In this document: positions 21,485 to 31,235 of the stretch, one piece after another
Numbering within the stretch: the first letter of the stretch is position 1
Layout: each line of letters starts with the position of its first letter
Assembly (NCBI GenBank): GCA_963816355.1
Contig: CAWFKH010000003.1
Location: 1,568,001-1,632,000 of the forward strand
DNA from: an uncultured Gemmatimonadales bacterium
GTDB lineage: Bacteria; Gemmatimonadota; Gemmatimonadetes; Longimicrobiales; RSA9
Reading direction: 5' to 3'
Length of the DNA stretch: 64,000 nucleotides
Made by a program: the position numbers and the translations under genes
Notes under the pieces: model-generated
Databases searched by the model: none
Seen by the model: only the letters and a program-made list of their open reading frames with translations
What the model was told of the DNA's origin: nothing

Positions 21485-23682
21485 AGCACCGCGAGCCGTT
21501 GCCGGACGTCGCGGAAGTCGACGTCGAGACCGACGACGCGCTCGTACGCCTCCCGCGCGGCGTCCGCGCGCCCCAGCTCCTCGTAGCAGCGCCCCAGGTG
21601 GTAGTACACGCCGAGCAGCTCCACACCGGCCTCGTGCGGCAGCTTCACGGCGCGCTCCAGGAGGCGCGCGGCGATACGGTGCTGCCCCTTCATCATGAAG
21701 CACTGCCCCATCTCCTCCGACACCCGCAGCTCCGGCGCGCCGCCTCGAAGCGCCACCTGGAATTCGGCGATCGCCTCGTCCACCAGTCCCATCTCCTTGT
21801 ACGCCAGGCCGAGATCGTAGTGACCCGCCGGGTCGTCGACCGGGAGGTTCTCCGACACCTTCGCGCGGAACTGCTGCAGGATCTCCGCGAGGTCGGCGTA
21901 GTCGTCCCCGCTCGGCGGCTCCGGCTGCACCACGTACCGCGTCGTCTCCGGCCCGCTCTCCTCCCGCAGCAGGCTCCCCAGGTCGACGAAGGCGTCCGGC
22001 GCTTCTTCGCGGGTCAGCGCGGCCGCCGCCTCGGAGTTGCCCGGGTCCAGCTCGACGACGTGCCTGAAGATTGCCTGCGCCTTGCCGATCTCGCCCTGCC
22101 GGCGCAGCAGGTTCGCCATCGCGACCAGCGCCGGAACCAGCCGCGACCTGTCGTCAAGTGCGGCGGCGTACTCGACCCGCCGCTGGTGCGACGCGTGGTC
22201 GTCCGCGTCGATCTCGACCAGCCACTCGAGCGCTTCCAGCGCACGGCTCCGCTCGCCCGCCGCGTCCAGCTCCGCGTGCAGCCGCTCGAGCGACTCCCGC
22301 ACCTCGCTGCCGCGTCCCCGCGCGATCAGCTCCACCACCTCCGAGAAGACCGAGTCTTCCGGGGCGACGTCGGCTCCGGCGGCGGTCGCGGACTCCCGGA
22401 TCTCGATCCACGCCTCCTCCGCTTCCTCCTCCGCGACGGCGCCGCCGTCGACCTCCGCCGTGGCCTCCGCCTCCGCCACTGCCGGCGCCGCCCAGCCGGC
22501 CTCGAACGGCTCCGCCTCCGCGGCTTCGAACGGCTCCGCCTCCGCGGCCTCGATCGGCTCCGCCTCCGCGGCGTCGATGTCGGCCGCGTCCTCCCGCTCG
22601 AACGCCTCGACCTCCGACCGCTCGATCAATGCGGCCGCATCCGCCAACTCGGCGGATACGGCCTCGTCGAGGAGGGGCAGCGGCTCCGCCACATCCTCCT
22701 CCTCGGGCGGTGCGCCGAGACCCGCCGCTTCCGCGGTTCCTTCCAGCAGCGGCAGCGGAGTCACGTCTTCCGGCGGAGCTTCCGCCTCGAGTCCCGCGGC
22801 GGCGGCGGCATCCACCACGTCCAGGTCCGGCGGAAGCGGTTCTGCGCCGACGTCGCCGGCCAGCGACTCGCTCGCCCACGCCGGCTCGGCCGGCTCCAGG
22901 AGATCGCCTTCCGACACCTCGCCACCGGTCCGCCAGGCGCCGGCCGACTCCTCCGCTCCGGCCATGGCGCCCTCGTCGGCGGCCACGGCTTCTTCTTCGC
23001 CGTCCGGCGGCTGCGCGGCCTGCGCCTCCGCCTCGACCGCCTGCGGCCGTGGCGGCAGAGCGGGGAGATCCTCGTCGCCGACGAGACCGGCGAGCCGCTC
23101 GCGCGCGGCGGCCGCGGCGGCGATGTCGCCTGCATCGACGTGGAGGTCGAAGGCGCGCCGCAACTGGAGCACCGCTTCGGAGGCGCGGTCGTGGGCTACG
23201 AGGCGCTCTGCGAGAGCTTCGCGCACCGCGGCGTCGTCGGTGCGGTCGGCGAACTCCTCGAGGGCGGAGAACGCTTCATCGATCTCGCCGGCGCGCAGCG
23301 AAACCTCGGCGAATTCCAGGAGCCAGCGGCGCGCATCGGTGAGGAACCCCTGCGCGGCACAGTAGCCGGCGAGCTTCTTGAGCAGAGAGGCGCGCGAGGC
23401 GGTGTAGCGGAGCGCCTTGTTGCACAGGGCGATGGCGCTGTTGAAGAGCCCCGCCGCGGCGTAGTGTTCGGCGGCCTCCTCGTAGTAGCCCACCGCCTCG
23501 CCCGGCTTGCCCAGCCGGAGGTAGAGGTCGCCGATGCGGTTGAAGAGCGGCAGCTCCGCCTCGCCGGGCCCTTCCCCCTCGACGTCCGCAAGCGCCTGCC
23601 GGTACATCTCGATCGCGCGATCCCACTCCTCGCGCTGCTCGTGGCGCCGCGCCTCCTCCTTGAGCTTCGTCGTCGCGCTCAT
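21481..23682 (-). CDS. Large TPR protein, SgmX-like architecture
   Basis: N-terminal TPR array, acidic linker, C-terminal HYDLGLAYKEMGLVDEAIAEFQ TPR block; ATG overlaps the ftcD stop. Confidence 0.85.
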   Translation of the reverse strand: MSATTKLKEEARRHEQREEWDRAIEMYRQALADVEGEGPGEAELPLFNRIGDLYLRLGKPGEAVGYYEEAAEHYAAAGLFNSAIALCNKALRYTASRASLLKKLAGYCAAQGFLTDARRWLLEFAEVSLRAGEIDEAFSALEEFADRTDDAAVREALAERLVAHDRASEAVLQLRRAFDLHVDAGDIAAAAAARERLAGLVGDEDLPALPPRPQAVEAEAQAAQPPDGEEEAVAADEGAMAGAEESAGAWRTGGEVSEGDLLEPAEPAWASESLAGDVGAEPLPPDLDVVDAAAAAGLEAEAPPEDVTPLPLLEGTAEAAGLGAPPEEEDVAEPLPLLDEAVSAELADAAALIERSEVEAFEREDAADIDAAEAEPIEAAEAEPFEAAEAEPFEAGWAAPAVAEAEATAEVDGGAVAEEEAEEAWIEIRESATAAGADVAPEDSVFSEVVELIARGRGSEVRESLERLHAELDAAGERSRALEALEWLVEIDADDHASHQRRVEYAAALDDRSRLVPALVAMANLLRRQGEIGKAQAIFRHVVELDPGNSEAAAALTREEAPDAFVDLGSLLREESGPETTRYVVQPEPPSGDDYADLAEILQQFRAKVSENLPVDDPAGHYDLGLAYKEMGLVDEAIAEFQVALRGGAPELRVSEEMGQCFMMKGQHRIAARLLERAVKLPHEAGVELLGVYYHLGRCYEELGRADAAREAYERVVGLDVDFRDVRQRLAVL
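22502..22578. repeat. In-frame 24-bp tandem repeat, about 3 copies
   Basis: Encodes AAEAEP(I/F)E three times. Confidence 0.8.
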
Positions 23683-24626
23683 GCTCCGTCCTGCCTCCGG
23701 CCGTCGTCGTATCGAGCGAGATGCTCGGCCAGCCGCGTCGAGAGCAGTCGTCGCGGCGTGGCGCCTTCGAGCCGCAGACGCTCCGCCGCCGCCGTGACCA
23801 CCAGCTCGTCCGGGATCATGCCGATCACCTCCGTCTTCCGGATTCCGCCCCCGGCTTCGGCCACGCGGCGCTCGATGCGGAGGAAGACCTCCAGCGGCGA
23901 TACCGCGGACGGGTCCTCCAGGTTCATCGAGAGCTGCACCGCGCGCTGCTCCGGCAGCTCGAAGGCCAGCGCCCGCAGGCCCGGGAAGCCGCCTCCCCTC
24001 TCGCGCACCTCGCGCGCGATCCGCCGCGCGGCGTCGACGGTGACGCCGTCGAGCCACACGTTCCACGCCAGCAGGATGGCCCGCGCGCCGACGCAGGTCG
24101 CGCCGGCCGTCGGGTGGGCGCCCGGATGCCGCCAATCCGTCGGCAGCAGGTCGGGCGCGCGGCGCTCCGGCCAGCCCACGGCCAGAGTCTCGAAGCCGCC
24201 GCGGCGCAGCTCGGCGAGCTGGCGGCCGGGTGGCGTCGACGCGGCGCCGTAGAAGTAGACCGGTATGCCGAGTTCGGCGGCGAGCCGCTCGCCGAGGCGG
24301 CGCGCGACGCGTGTCGCCTCGGCCGGCTCGGTCCCGGCCAGCGCGACGATCGGCAGCACGTCGAGCGCGCCGATGCGCGGGTGCACGCCCCGGTGCCCCC
24401 GCATGTCGATGCGGTCCCGCGCCACCCGCGCGGCGGCGAACGCGGCCGCCTCGACGACCACAGGCGATCCGACGAGCGTGACGACGGAGCGGTTGTGGTC
24501 GGGATCGAGCGACCAGTCGAGGACGTCGGCGCCCGCGACCCGCGCGGCCTCGACGATCGCTTCGACCACGTCGCGGTTCCGGCCCTCGGAGAAGTTCGGG
24601 ACCGCCTCCAGCACTTGGGGGGGCAT
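23679..24626 (-). CDS. ftcD: Glutamate formiminotransferase (stand-alone, no cyclodeaminase domain)
   Basis: EAVPNFSEGR, DPDHNRSVVT, HPRIGALDV, VQLSMNL. Confidence 0.93.
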   Translation of the reverse strand: MPPQVLEAVPNFSEGRNRDVVEAIVEAARVAGADVLDWSLDPDHNRSVVTLVGSPVVVEAAAFAAARVARDRIDMRGHRGVHPRIGALDVLPIVALAGTEPAEATRVARRLGERLAAELGIPVYFYGAASTPPGRQLAELRRGGFETLAVGWPERRAPDLLPTDWRHPGAHPTAGATCVGARAILLAWNVWLDGVTVDAARRIAREVRERGGGFPGLRALAFELPEQRAVQLSMNLEDPSAVSPLEVFLRIERRVAEAGGGIRKTEVIGMIPDELVVTAAAERLRLEGATPRRLLSTRLAEHLARYDDGRRQDGA

Positions 24627-24634
24627 CGATCCGG

Positions 24635-24663
24635 AAGATACGGGCGAGTATGCGGGCTCACAA
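24635..24663 (-). promoter_or_regulatory. Sigma70-type promoter 8 nt upstream of the ftcD ATG (possibly leaderless)
   Basis: TTGTGA-N17-TATCTT-ccggatcg-ATG; no SD sequence. Confidence 0.55.
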
Positions 24664-24677
24664 GCTCCGGCGCGGGC

Positions 24678-25919
24678 TCATCGCGACGCCGCGCCGAGGT
24701 CCTCCACGAGCCGGCCACGCTTCCACACCGAACGCACCAGATTGGTGCCGTACCGATAGGGGATCTCCCGCGCCTCGTCGACGTCCCACACCACGAGGTC
24801 GGCGGGCGCACCGGCGACGAGCATGCCGTGGCCATCCGGCAGCCGGAGAGCGCGCGCGCCCCCGGCCGTCGCGGCGTGCAGCGCTTCGAGCGGGTCGAGC
24901 CGCATCTGCGAGCACGCCATCGTCATGACGAGCTGCAGGTTCGGGCTCGGCGAGGAGCCGGGGTTGAAGTCGCTGGCGAGCGCCACCGTGGCGCCTGCAT
25001 CGAGCAGGCGGCGCGCCGGCGCGTACTCCCTGCGCCCGAGGAAGAAGAGCGTCGCCGGCAGGAGCGTCGCCACCGTCCCGTGCTGCGCCAGGGCGCGGAT
25101 GCCGGCGTCGCTGATGCTCCCCAGGTGGTCGGCCGACGCCGCGCCAAGCTCCGCCGCGAGCTCCGCGCCGCCGGATCCCTCCAGCTCGTCCGCGTGCAGC
25201 TTGGGGACCAGGCCGTGCGCCAGGCCGGCCTCCAGGATCCGCCGCGCCTGCGCCGCCGTGAACACGCCCGGCTCCATGAAAACGTCGCAGAAGACCGCCA
25301 GCCGCTCCTGCGCCACCGCGGGGATCATCTCCTCGACGACGACGTCCACGTAGCGCGCCCGGCGAGTCCGGTACTCCGGCGGAAATTCGTGCGCGCCGAG
25401 GAACGTGGGCACCACCTCGAGCGGCCCCTCGCCCCCGAGCCGGCGCGTGGCGCGCAGCATCTTCAGCTCGTCCTCCGTCCGCAGGCCGTAGCCGCTCTTC
25501 ACCTCGGCGGTGGTCGTTCCGTGGCGCAGCATCGTCGCGAGCCGGGCGCGCGCGAGCTCGACCAGGTCGTCCTCGCTGCGCGCCCGCACGTCCTGCACGG
25601 ATGCGTTGATGCCCCCGCCGCGCCGCGCAATCTCCATGTACGGCACGCCGCGGCAGCGCTCGCCGTACTCCGCCGCGCGCCAGCGGCCGAAGACCGCGTG
25701 CGTGTGCGAATCGACGAGGCCGGGAGTGAGCACGCCGCCGCCGAGGTCGACGCGCTCCGCCGCCGGATAGGTCCCGGCGAGGTGCGCCGTCGGCCCGACC
25801 GCAGCGATGCGGCCGTCCGCCACCGCGACGGCGGCATCCTCGAGCACGTGCGCCGCCGTCGCTCCCTCCGCTGTGAAGATCTGCCTTGCCCCCGCGAGGA
25901 GCCGGACGTGCGCGCTCAC
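24678..25919 (-). CDS. hutI: Imidazolonepropionase
   Basis: PGLVDSHTH, GGGINASV, EVKSGYGL, FLGAH, LHADE, SDFNPGSS; GTG start overlaps the hutH stop. Confidence 0.96.
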   Translation of the reverse strand: MSAHVRLLAGARQIFTAEGATAAHVLEDAAVAVADGRIAAVGPTAHLAGTYPAAERVDLGGGVLTPGLVDSHTHAVFGRWRAAEYGERCRGVPYMEIARRGGGINASVQDVRARSEDDLVELARARLATMLRHGTTTAEVKSGYGLRTEDELKMLRATRRLGGEGPLEVVPTFLGAHEFPPEYRTRRARYVDVVVEEMIPAVAQERLAVFCDVFMEPGVFTAAQARRILEAGLAHGLVPKLHADELEGSGGAELAAELGAASADHLGSISDAGIRALAQHGTVATLLPATLFFLGRREYAPARRLLDAGATVALASDFNPGSSPSPNLQLVMTMACSQMRLDPLEALHAATAGGARALRLPDGHGMLVAGAPADLVVWDVDEAREIPYRYGTNLVRSVWKRGRLVEDLGAASR

Positions 25920-27451
25920 TCCGCGCCGCCCGCCTCGAGCGCGATCGCGGAGAACGCGCCGTCCCGGATCATCGACTCGATCTCGCCGATGTCGGCGCTC
26001 AGCGAGCGGTCGCGCTCCAGCGGCGCGACGCGCTCCCGCACCCGATCGCGCGCCCGATCGACACCCCGCCCCGGACGCAGCGGCCGCAGGAACTCGAGCG
26101 CCTGTGCGGCCGTCAGCAGTTCGATCGCGAGAACGCTCTCGAGGAGCCGCACCGCCGCGCGCGCCTTGAGCGCCGCCGCCATACCCATGGAGACGTGGTC
26201 CTCCTTGTTGGCGTCGGTCGGGATCGAGTCGACGCTCGCGGGCGCGGCGCGCAGCCGGATCTCGTTGACCAGCGCCGAGGCGGTGATCTGCGCCATCATC
26301 ATGCCCGAGCTGACCCCCGGATCGGGGGTCAGGAACGCGGGCAGCATGGACAGCGCGGGGTCGACCAGCCGGGCGACCCGCCGCTCGCTGATGCTCGCCG
26401 CGTCCGCGCACGCGATGGCGAGCAGGTCGAGCGCCTGCGCGACCGGCTGGCCGTGGAAGTTGCCGCCGCTCAGGACATCGCCTTCTTCCGGGAAGATCAG
26501 CGGGTTGTCCGTGGCGCTGTTCGCCTCGATCCGGAGCACCTCCCGCACGAAGGCGAACGCCTGGCGCGCGGCGCCGTGCACCTGCGGCATGCAGCGCAGG
26601 GAATAGGCATCCTGGACGCGCGGGTCGCCGCGACGGTGGGACTCGCGTATCTGAGAGCCCGCGAGGAGAGCGCGCAGCCTCGCGGCGCTCGTCGCCTGAC
26701 CCGGATGCGGCCGCACGCGCTGGATGCGCGCGTCGAACGGTGTGGGCGTTCCGCGCAACGCGTCGAGGCTCATCGCGCCCGCCACCTCGCACGTCTCGAC
26801 GGCGCGCTCGGCGGCCAGGAGCGCCAGGATTCCCACGCCGGTCTGTGCCTGCGTCCCGTTGTTCAGCGCGAGGCCTTCCTTGGCGCGCAGCTCGAGCGGC
26901 TCCAGACCGGCGCGCCGCAGCGCCTCGGCGCCCGTCAGCCGCTCTCCCTCCAGCCACGCCTCGCCCTCCCCGATCAGCACCAGCGCCAGGTGCGAGAGCG
27001 GCGCGAGGTCGCCGGACGCGCCCACGCTGCCGAGCGACGGGATGACCGGGTGCACGCCGTGGTCGAGCAGCGCCGCGAGGAGCTCGATCACTTCCGGCCG
27101 CACGCCGGAGTGCCCCAGGGCCAGGACGTTCGCGCGCAACAGGACGACCGCCCGGGTCTCCGCCTCCGTCAGGGGCTCTCCGACCCCGGAGGCGTGGCTC
27201 CGGATCAGGTTCACCTGCAGCTCGCCGATCCGCTCCGGCGGGATCGACACCTCCGCGAGCGCGCCGAAGCCGGTCGTGATGCCGTAGACGACGTCGCCCG
27301 CCGCCACCGCGCGCTCGACCACCGCCCGCGCCGCTTCCACCCTCCGCCGGGCGGCCTCCGAAAGCCGGACGGTGCCCACCTCGCCGGACGCGACGCGTCC
27401 CACGTCGTCGAGGCTCAGTCCGTCGCCGTGCAGCTCCAGCACGTCGCTCAT
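25916..27451 (-). CDS. hutH: Histidine ammonia-lyase
   Basis: YGITTGFG, NLIRSHASG, MIO motif GASGDLAPL, QDAYSLRC, GGNFHG, EDHVSMG. Confidence 0.97.
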   Translation of the reverse strand: MSDVLELHGDGLSLDDVGRVASGEVGTVRLSEAARRRVEAARAVVERAVAAGDVVYGITTGFGALAEVSIPPERIGELQVNLIRSHASGVGEPLTEAETRAVVLLRANVLALGHSGVRPEVIELLAALLDHGVHPVIPSLGSVGASGDLAPLSHLALVLIGEGEAWLEGERLTGAEALRRAGLEPLELRAKEGLALNNGTQAQTGVGILALLAAERAVETCEVAGAMSLDALRGTPTPFDARIQRVRPHPGQATSAARLRALLAGSQIRESHRRGDPRVQDAYSLRCMPQVHGAARQAFAFVREVLRIEANSATDNPLIFPEEGDVLSGGNFHGQPVAQALDLLAIACADAASISERRVARLVDPALSMLPAFLTPDPGVSSGMMMAQITASALVNEIRLRAAPASVDSIPTDANKEDHVSMGMAAALKARAAVRLLESVLAIELLTAAQALEFLRPLRPGRGVDRARDRVRERVAPLERDRSLSADIGEIESMIRDGAFSAIALEAGGAE

Positions 27452-27453
27452 CG

Positions 27454-30453
27454 TCACCCGATGGGGGGCGCCGGCGCCGGCACCGGCTGGTTGTGCTGGT
27501 CGTAGTCCAGGTGCAGGTCGGGCAGGTTCGTCAGCTCCACGCGGAAGCGGAACTGGAAGTTGCCGTTCTGCGCCTTGACGAAGTCGAAGTTCGCCTGCCA
27601 CTCGTGCAGGTCCCGCGTCAGCGACAGCAGGTGGTCGCTGAAACGGTGGTCCGTGATCGAGTAGCCGGTTCGCCAGCTCACGTTCCAGTTCTCGGTCGGC
27701 TGCAGGGTGACGTTGCCCTGGATCATCTGGTTCTCGAGGCCCTCGCCGATGCGCGGCCGCGTGAGGCTGTAGCTCAGGTTCGCGCGCCACTGCCCCACCG
27801 GACCGTGTCGAGTCCGACGCCTCGACTGCGTCCCCGCCGAGCCGATCAGCCCCAGCTCGTCCCGCGAGGTCGCCCCCAGCTCCCCGCCGTACGTCGCGCT
27901 GGTCGTGTCCCCGGCGTTCGTGGCCGCCTCGTTCACGCCCGGCCGCGGCTCGCGCTCACCGCCCCCCGAGAGCCCCAGCTTGCGGAACAGCCACGAATCG
28001 CTGCTGATCGAGAACGACGTCGTCAGGCTGCTCAGGTGCGGCGCGAACTCCCGCTTCGGCGTCTCGGGCGGCGGCGGGACGTCCGCTCCCGCCGGGCCGC
28101 CACCCGTCGTGCCGGTGTCCGTGCCGGTGCCGGTGCCGGTGTCCGTACCGGTGCCAGCGGTCGAGGCGTTGCGGAAGAGGTCGTGCGTCACGCTGAACGA
28201 CAGACCGTGCAGGAGGTCGGAGCTGATCGTGTTCGTGAGCCGATCCGTGGCGAACCCCTGCCCCGTCTCGCGCGCGCTCACGAAGTCGTAGGCGAGCGCG
28301 CTCGTGGTGAGCGACAGCAGCGTCACCTTCTGCGCCTGGATCAGCCGGCGCGGCTCGCCGCCGAGCGACGCCGCCTCGAGCGAATCGGCGCCCAGCGAGT
28401 CGATGGCCGCGCCTCCGGCGGCTCCGGCGCCCGCCGCGCCGAGCGAGTCGGAACCTGGTTTCTCCTTGTATTTCGCCTCGAAGCTCTGGCGGAGCTGCAG
28501 TGTGATCGCGTTCGTCTCCTTCACCTGCGTCGCGCTGAAGACGGCGCGCTGCAGGTCGCTCACGGTGGGCGCGGGTGAGAAGGTGTAGCTGATGCTGGGA
28601 GAGATGCGGTGGCGAATCCGCGAGAACGGACCGAATCCCGGGAAGAAGCCGTAGACGTCCGTCTGCAGGGACGTGCCCACGTTGAGCCGCAGCGGCGCCG
28701 AGATGTAGCCGCCCCCGAGCGTATCCTGCCGCAGCAGGTCGCCGTTGACGCTGAGCTGCGGCGAGATCGTGCTCGTCCCGATCAGCCGCTGCTGAAAGGC
28801 GATCCCCGTCTGCCAGTGGATCCGATCTTCGCTGAAACGCGGCAGCGCCGCCTCCGCGACCGAATCCACGTTGAGCGTGTCGAGCACCTCCGGCTTCGAC
28901 AACAGGAGGTTGCGTGTCCCGTTCACGCTCTGCGTCCACGACAGGTTGCCCAGCCGGAAGCTGGACTGCAGGCTCGCCGTCGTGTTCGCCGTGTTGCGGA
29001 TCGAGGCTCCGAGGCGCGTCGCCAGGTCCTGGAAGTCCGTCCGCTGCATGTTCATGTTGGCGCTGCCCGAGATCGTCGCGTTGTTGTACCAGCGGGCGCG
29101 CGCCGTCGGCGCGGGGAAGAGTGTGATCGACGCGACGTTTACCGCCACGTTGGGGAGCGTCAGGTCCACTTTGTCCTGCGACAGGAACTGCTGCCGCTTT
29201 CCGCTCAGGCTCAGCGTGCCCCAGTCGAAGCGCCGCGTCACGCCCAGGTTCGAGTCGATCGAGCGCGTCAGCTCGCGCGGGTCGAACGTGTTCCGGCGAA
29301 CGAAGTCCGCGGAGGACGCATAGCTCCCGGAGAGCTGCACGTTCGTCCGCTCGTTCGGCTGCCAGCTCGCCCGCGTCGCCAGCGTGAGATCCTGGCTCTG
29401 GCTGCGCCAGTAGCGCGTGAAGGTGAGGCCGCCATCGAGAAACTGGCGCAGCCAGCGGAAATCGAGCGAGCCGTTGAGCGCCGTCCAGTTGTTGGCGTAC
29501 CACTCGCCGGTCACCTCCGCGCCGAGATGGTCGCTGACCGCCCAGTAGAAGCCGAGATTCGAGATCTTCCGGTTGTAGCCGCTGTTCGTGCGCGCCACGT
29601 CGTTGATGCTGAACGTGGGCATCAGCAAGCCGCTGTGCCGCCCCTGCTTCAGGCTCTGCACCATGAACGGCAGCCACATCACCGGGACGTCGGCGAAGTT
29701 GAGCGTGATGTCGCGCGCCACCAGCACGTCGTTGCGCACCACCTTCCACTCCTTCGCCGTGAAATGGTAGTGCGGCACCTCCAGGCTGCACGTCGTGAAA
29801 TCGACGCCGCTGCCGTAGACGCGGTCGTTGCCGGCGGTGTACAGGTCGCCGTGCGCGTACCAGCTCGCTCCCTGTGTGATCTGCGTCCTCGCGCCCCGCG
29901 CCGCCCCCACCCGCCGCTCGACGTCGTAGCAGACCTGCTGGCTCTGCACCGGCTGCAGCCCGCTCTCGGCGCCACCTTGCATCACTGGCTTGCCGTAGCC
30001 GCAGATCGTCCGATTCAGTTGATCGTAGACGAGTAGCGAGTCGGCGGCGAGCTGCTGTTCCCCGCGCGACACCTGCGCGGGCCCCGCCAGCGCGATGCGG
30101 GCGCTGTCCGCGTTGTAGTGCGCCTGGGCTCCCGTGTAGGCCATCGCATCGTAGCCCTGCAGCGCGAGAAGCGCTCTCGTCACCGAATCGGCCGGCAGCG
30201 CCGGCAGGGAGGGCCGCGCCGAGTCGGAGGCGGTGCGCAGCGAGCGCACGCGAAGGGAGTCGACGCCCAGCGTGTCCGTGCCCAGCGTGTCCGCGGCGGC
30301 CGTGTCGCGATCCATCCGATGCAGCGCTTGCAGCACGCGCTCGCGCTGCTTCTCGCTCAGCGTCGGCTTCTGTTGTGCCGTGGCAGGCGCCGCCGCCGCG
30401 AGCGCGACCAGGCTGCACAGCAGCGCAGCCACCGCGGAGCGGCCCGGCCGCAT
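27454..30453 (-). CDS. lptD: Putative LPS-assembly protein LptD (Bacteroidota/FCB-like)
   Basis: Signal peptide, N-terminal beta-jellyroll, FTTCSLEVPHYHF, SGLLMPT, GFYWAVSD, long amphipathic barrel, RDLHEW near the C-terminus. Confidence 0.8.
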   Translation of the reverse strand: MRPGRSAVAALLCSLVALAAAAPATAQQKPTLSEKQRERVLQALHRMDRDTAAADTLGTDTLGVDSLRVRSLRTASDSARPSLPALPADSVTRALLALQGYDAMAYTGAQAHYNADSARIALAGPAQVSRGEQQLAADSLLVYDQLNRTICGYGKPVMQGGAESGLQPVQSQQVCYDVERRVGAARGARTQITQGASWYAHGDLYTAGNDRVYGSGVDFTTCSLEVPHYHFTAKEWKVVRNDVLVARDITLNFADVPVMWLPFMVQSLKQGRHSGLLMPTFSINDVARTNSGYNRKISNLGFYWAVSDHLGAEVTGEWYANNWTALNGSLDFRWLRQFLDGGLTFTRYWRSQSQDLTLATRASWQPNERTNVQLSGSYASSADFVRRNTFDPRELTRSIDSNLGVTRRFDWGTLSLSGKRQQFLSQDKVDLTLPNVAVNVASITLFPAPTARARWYNNATISGSANMNMQRTDFQDLATRLGASIRNTANTTASLQSSFRLGNLSWTQSVNGTRNLLLSKPEVLDTLNVDSVAEAALPRFSEDRIHWQTGIAFQQRLIGTSTISPQLSVNGDLLRQDTLGGGYISAPLRLNVGTSLQTDVYGFFPGFGPFSRIRHRISPSISYTFSPAPTVSDLQRAVFSATQVKETNAITLQLRQSFEAKYKEKPGSDSLGAAGAGAAGGAAIDSLGADSLEAASLGGEPRRLIQAQKVTLLSLTTSALAYDFVSARETGQGFATDRLTNTISSDLLHGLSFSVTHDLFRNASTAGTGTDTGTGTGTDTGTTGGGPAGADVPPPPETPKREFAPHLSSLTTSFSISSDSWLFRKLGLSGGGEREPRPGVNEAATNAGDTTSATYGGELGATSRDELGLIGSAGTQSRRRTRHGPVGQWRANLSYSLTRPRIGEGLENQMIQGNVTLQPTENWNVSWRTGYSITDHRFSDHLLSLTRDLHEWQANFDFVKAQNGNFQFRFRVELTNLPDLHLDYDQHNQPVPAPAPPIG

Positions 30454-31235
30454 CACGCCTCCACCAGCGTCTGGCGCTCGCCCGCGCGCCTGCGCCGCCG
30501 CTCGACCAGCACCGTCAGGCCGATGCTCAGCTCGTAGAGCAGGATCAGCGGCACCATGATGAAGACCGTGAGGACGATCATGTCGCCCGGCGTGATGATC
30601 GCCGCCACCACCGTGGAGAGCACGATCGCGAAGCGCCGCTGCCGCCTCAGCATGCGCGAGTCGACGAGTCCCACGACGGCGAGCACGAGGATGATCACCG
30701 GCAGCTCGAAGACGGCGCCGAAGGCGAGCAGCATCTTCATGACAAAGCCGAGGTAGGGGCCCGCGGTGATCATCGGCGAGAGGCTCTCGCGCTGGAATCC
30801 CATCATGAAGCGCAGCGTGGCCGGCAGGGCGGCGTAGTAGCCGAGCGCGACACCCCCGGCGAAGAGCACCAGACCCAGGTAGAACGCGGGAACGATCGCG
30901 CGGCGCTCGTCGCGCCGAAGTGCCGGCGCGAGGAAGGCCCACACCTGGTAGATCACGACCGGCGACGCGAGCAGCCCACCGACCGTGAGGCCGAGCTTGA
31001 GCGTGAGGAAGAAGGGATCCGCCGGGCTCAGGTAGCGCAGCTTGTCGCCGTCCAGATAGGGCAGGACCGGCAGGATCAGCAGGTGCAGCACGTCGAAGCG
31101 GGTCACCAGGGTGAAGCCCACCACGGCGCCCACGGCGAGCGCGATCAGGCTCCACAGCGCCCGCCACCGCAGCTCCTCGAGATGATCGAGGAACGGCATC
31201 TCGAAGCCATCGTTCACGCGCGACCGCAGCTTCAT
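30453..31235 (-). CDS. tatC: Twin-arginine translocase TatC
   Basis: EMPFLDHLEELRWR, YQVWAFLAPAL, FELP, ITPGD, LYELSI. Confidence 0.97.
   Translation of the reverse strand: MKLRSRVNDGFEMPFLDHLEELRWRALWSLIALAVGAVVGFTLVTRFDVLHLLILPVLPYLDGDKLRYLSPADPFFLTLKLGLTVGGLLASPVVIYQVWAFLAPALRRDERRAIVPAFYLGLVLFAGGVALGYYAALPATLRFMMGFQRESLSPMITAGPYLGFVMKMLLAFGAVFELPVIILVLAVVGLVDSRMLRRQRRFAIVLSTVVAAIITPGDMIVLTVFIMVPLILLYELSIGLTVLVERRRRRAGERQTLVEA

Noticed and set aside
27454..31167. Apparent giant or fused ORFs in the track (1237 aa here; also 4944-7397, 24678-26957, 61079-63349)
   Set aside because: The N-terminal parts are out-of-frame overlaps with upstream genes; true starts lie at or next to the upstream stops.
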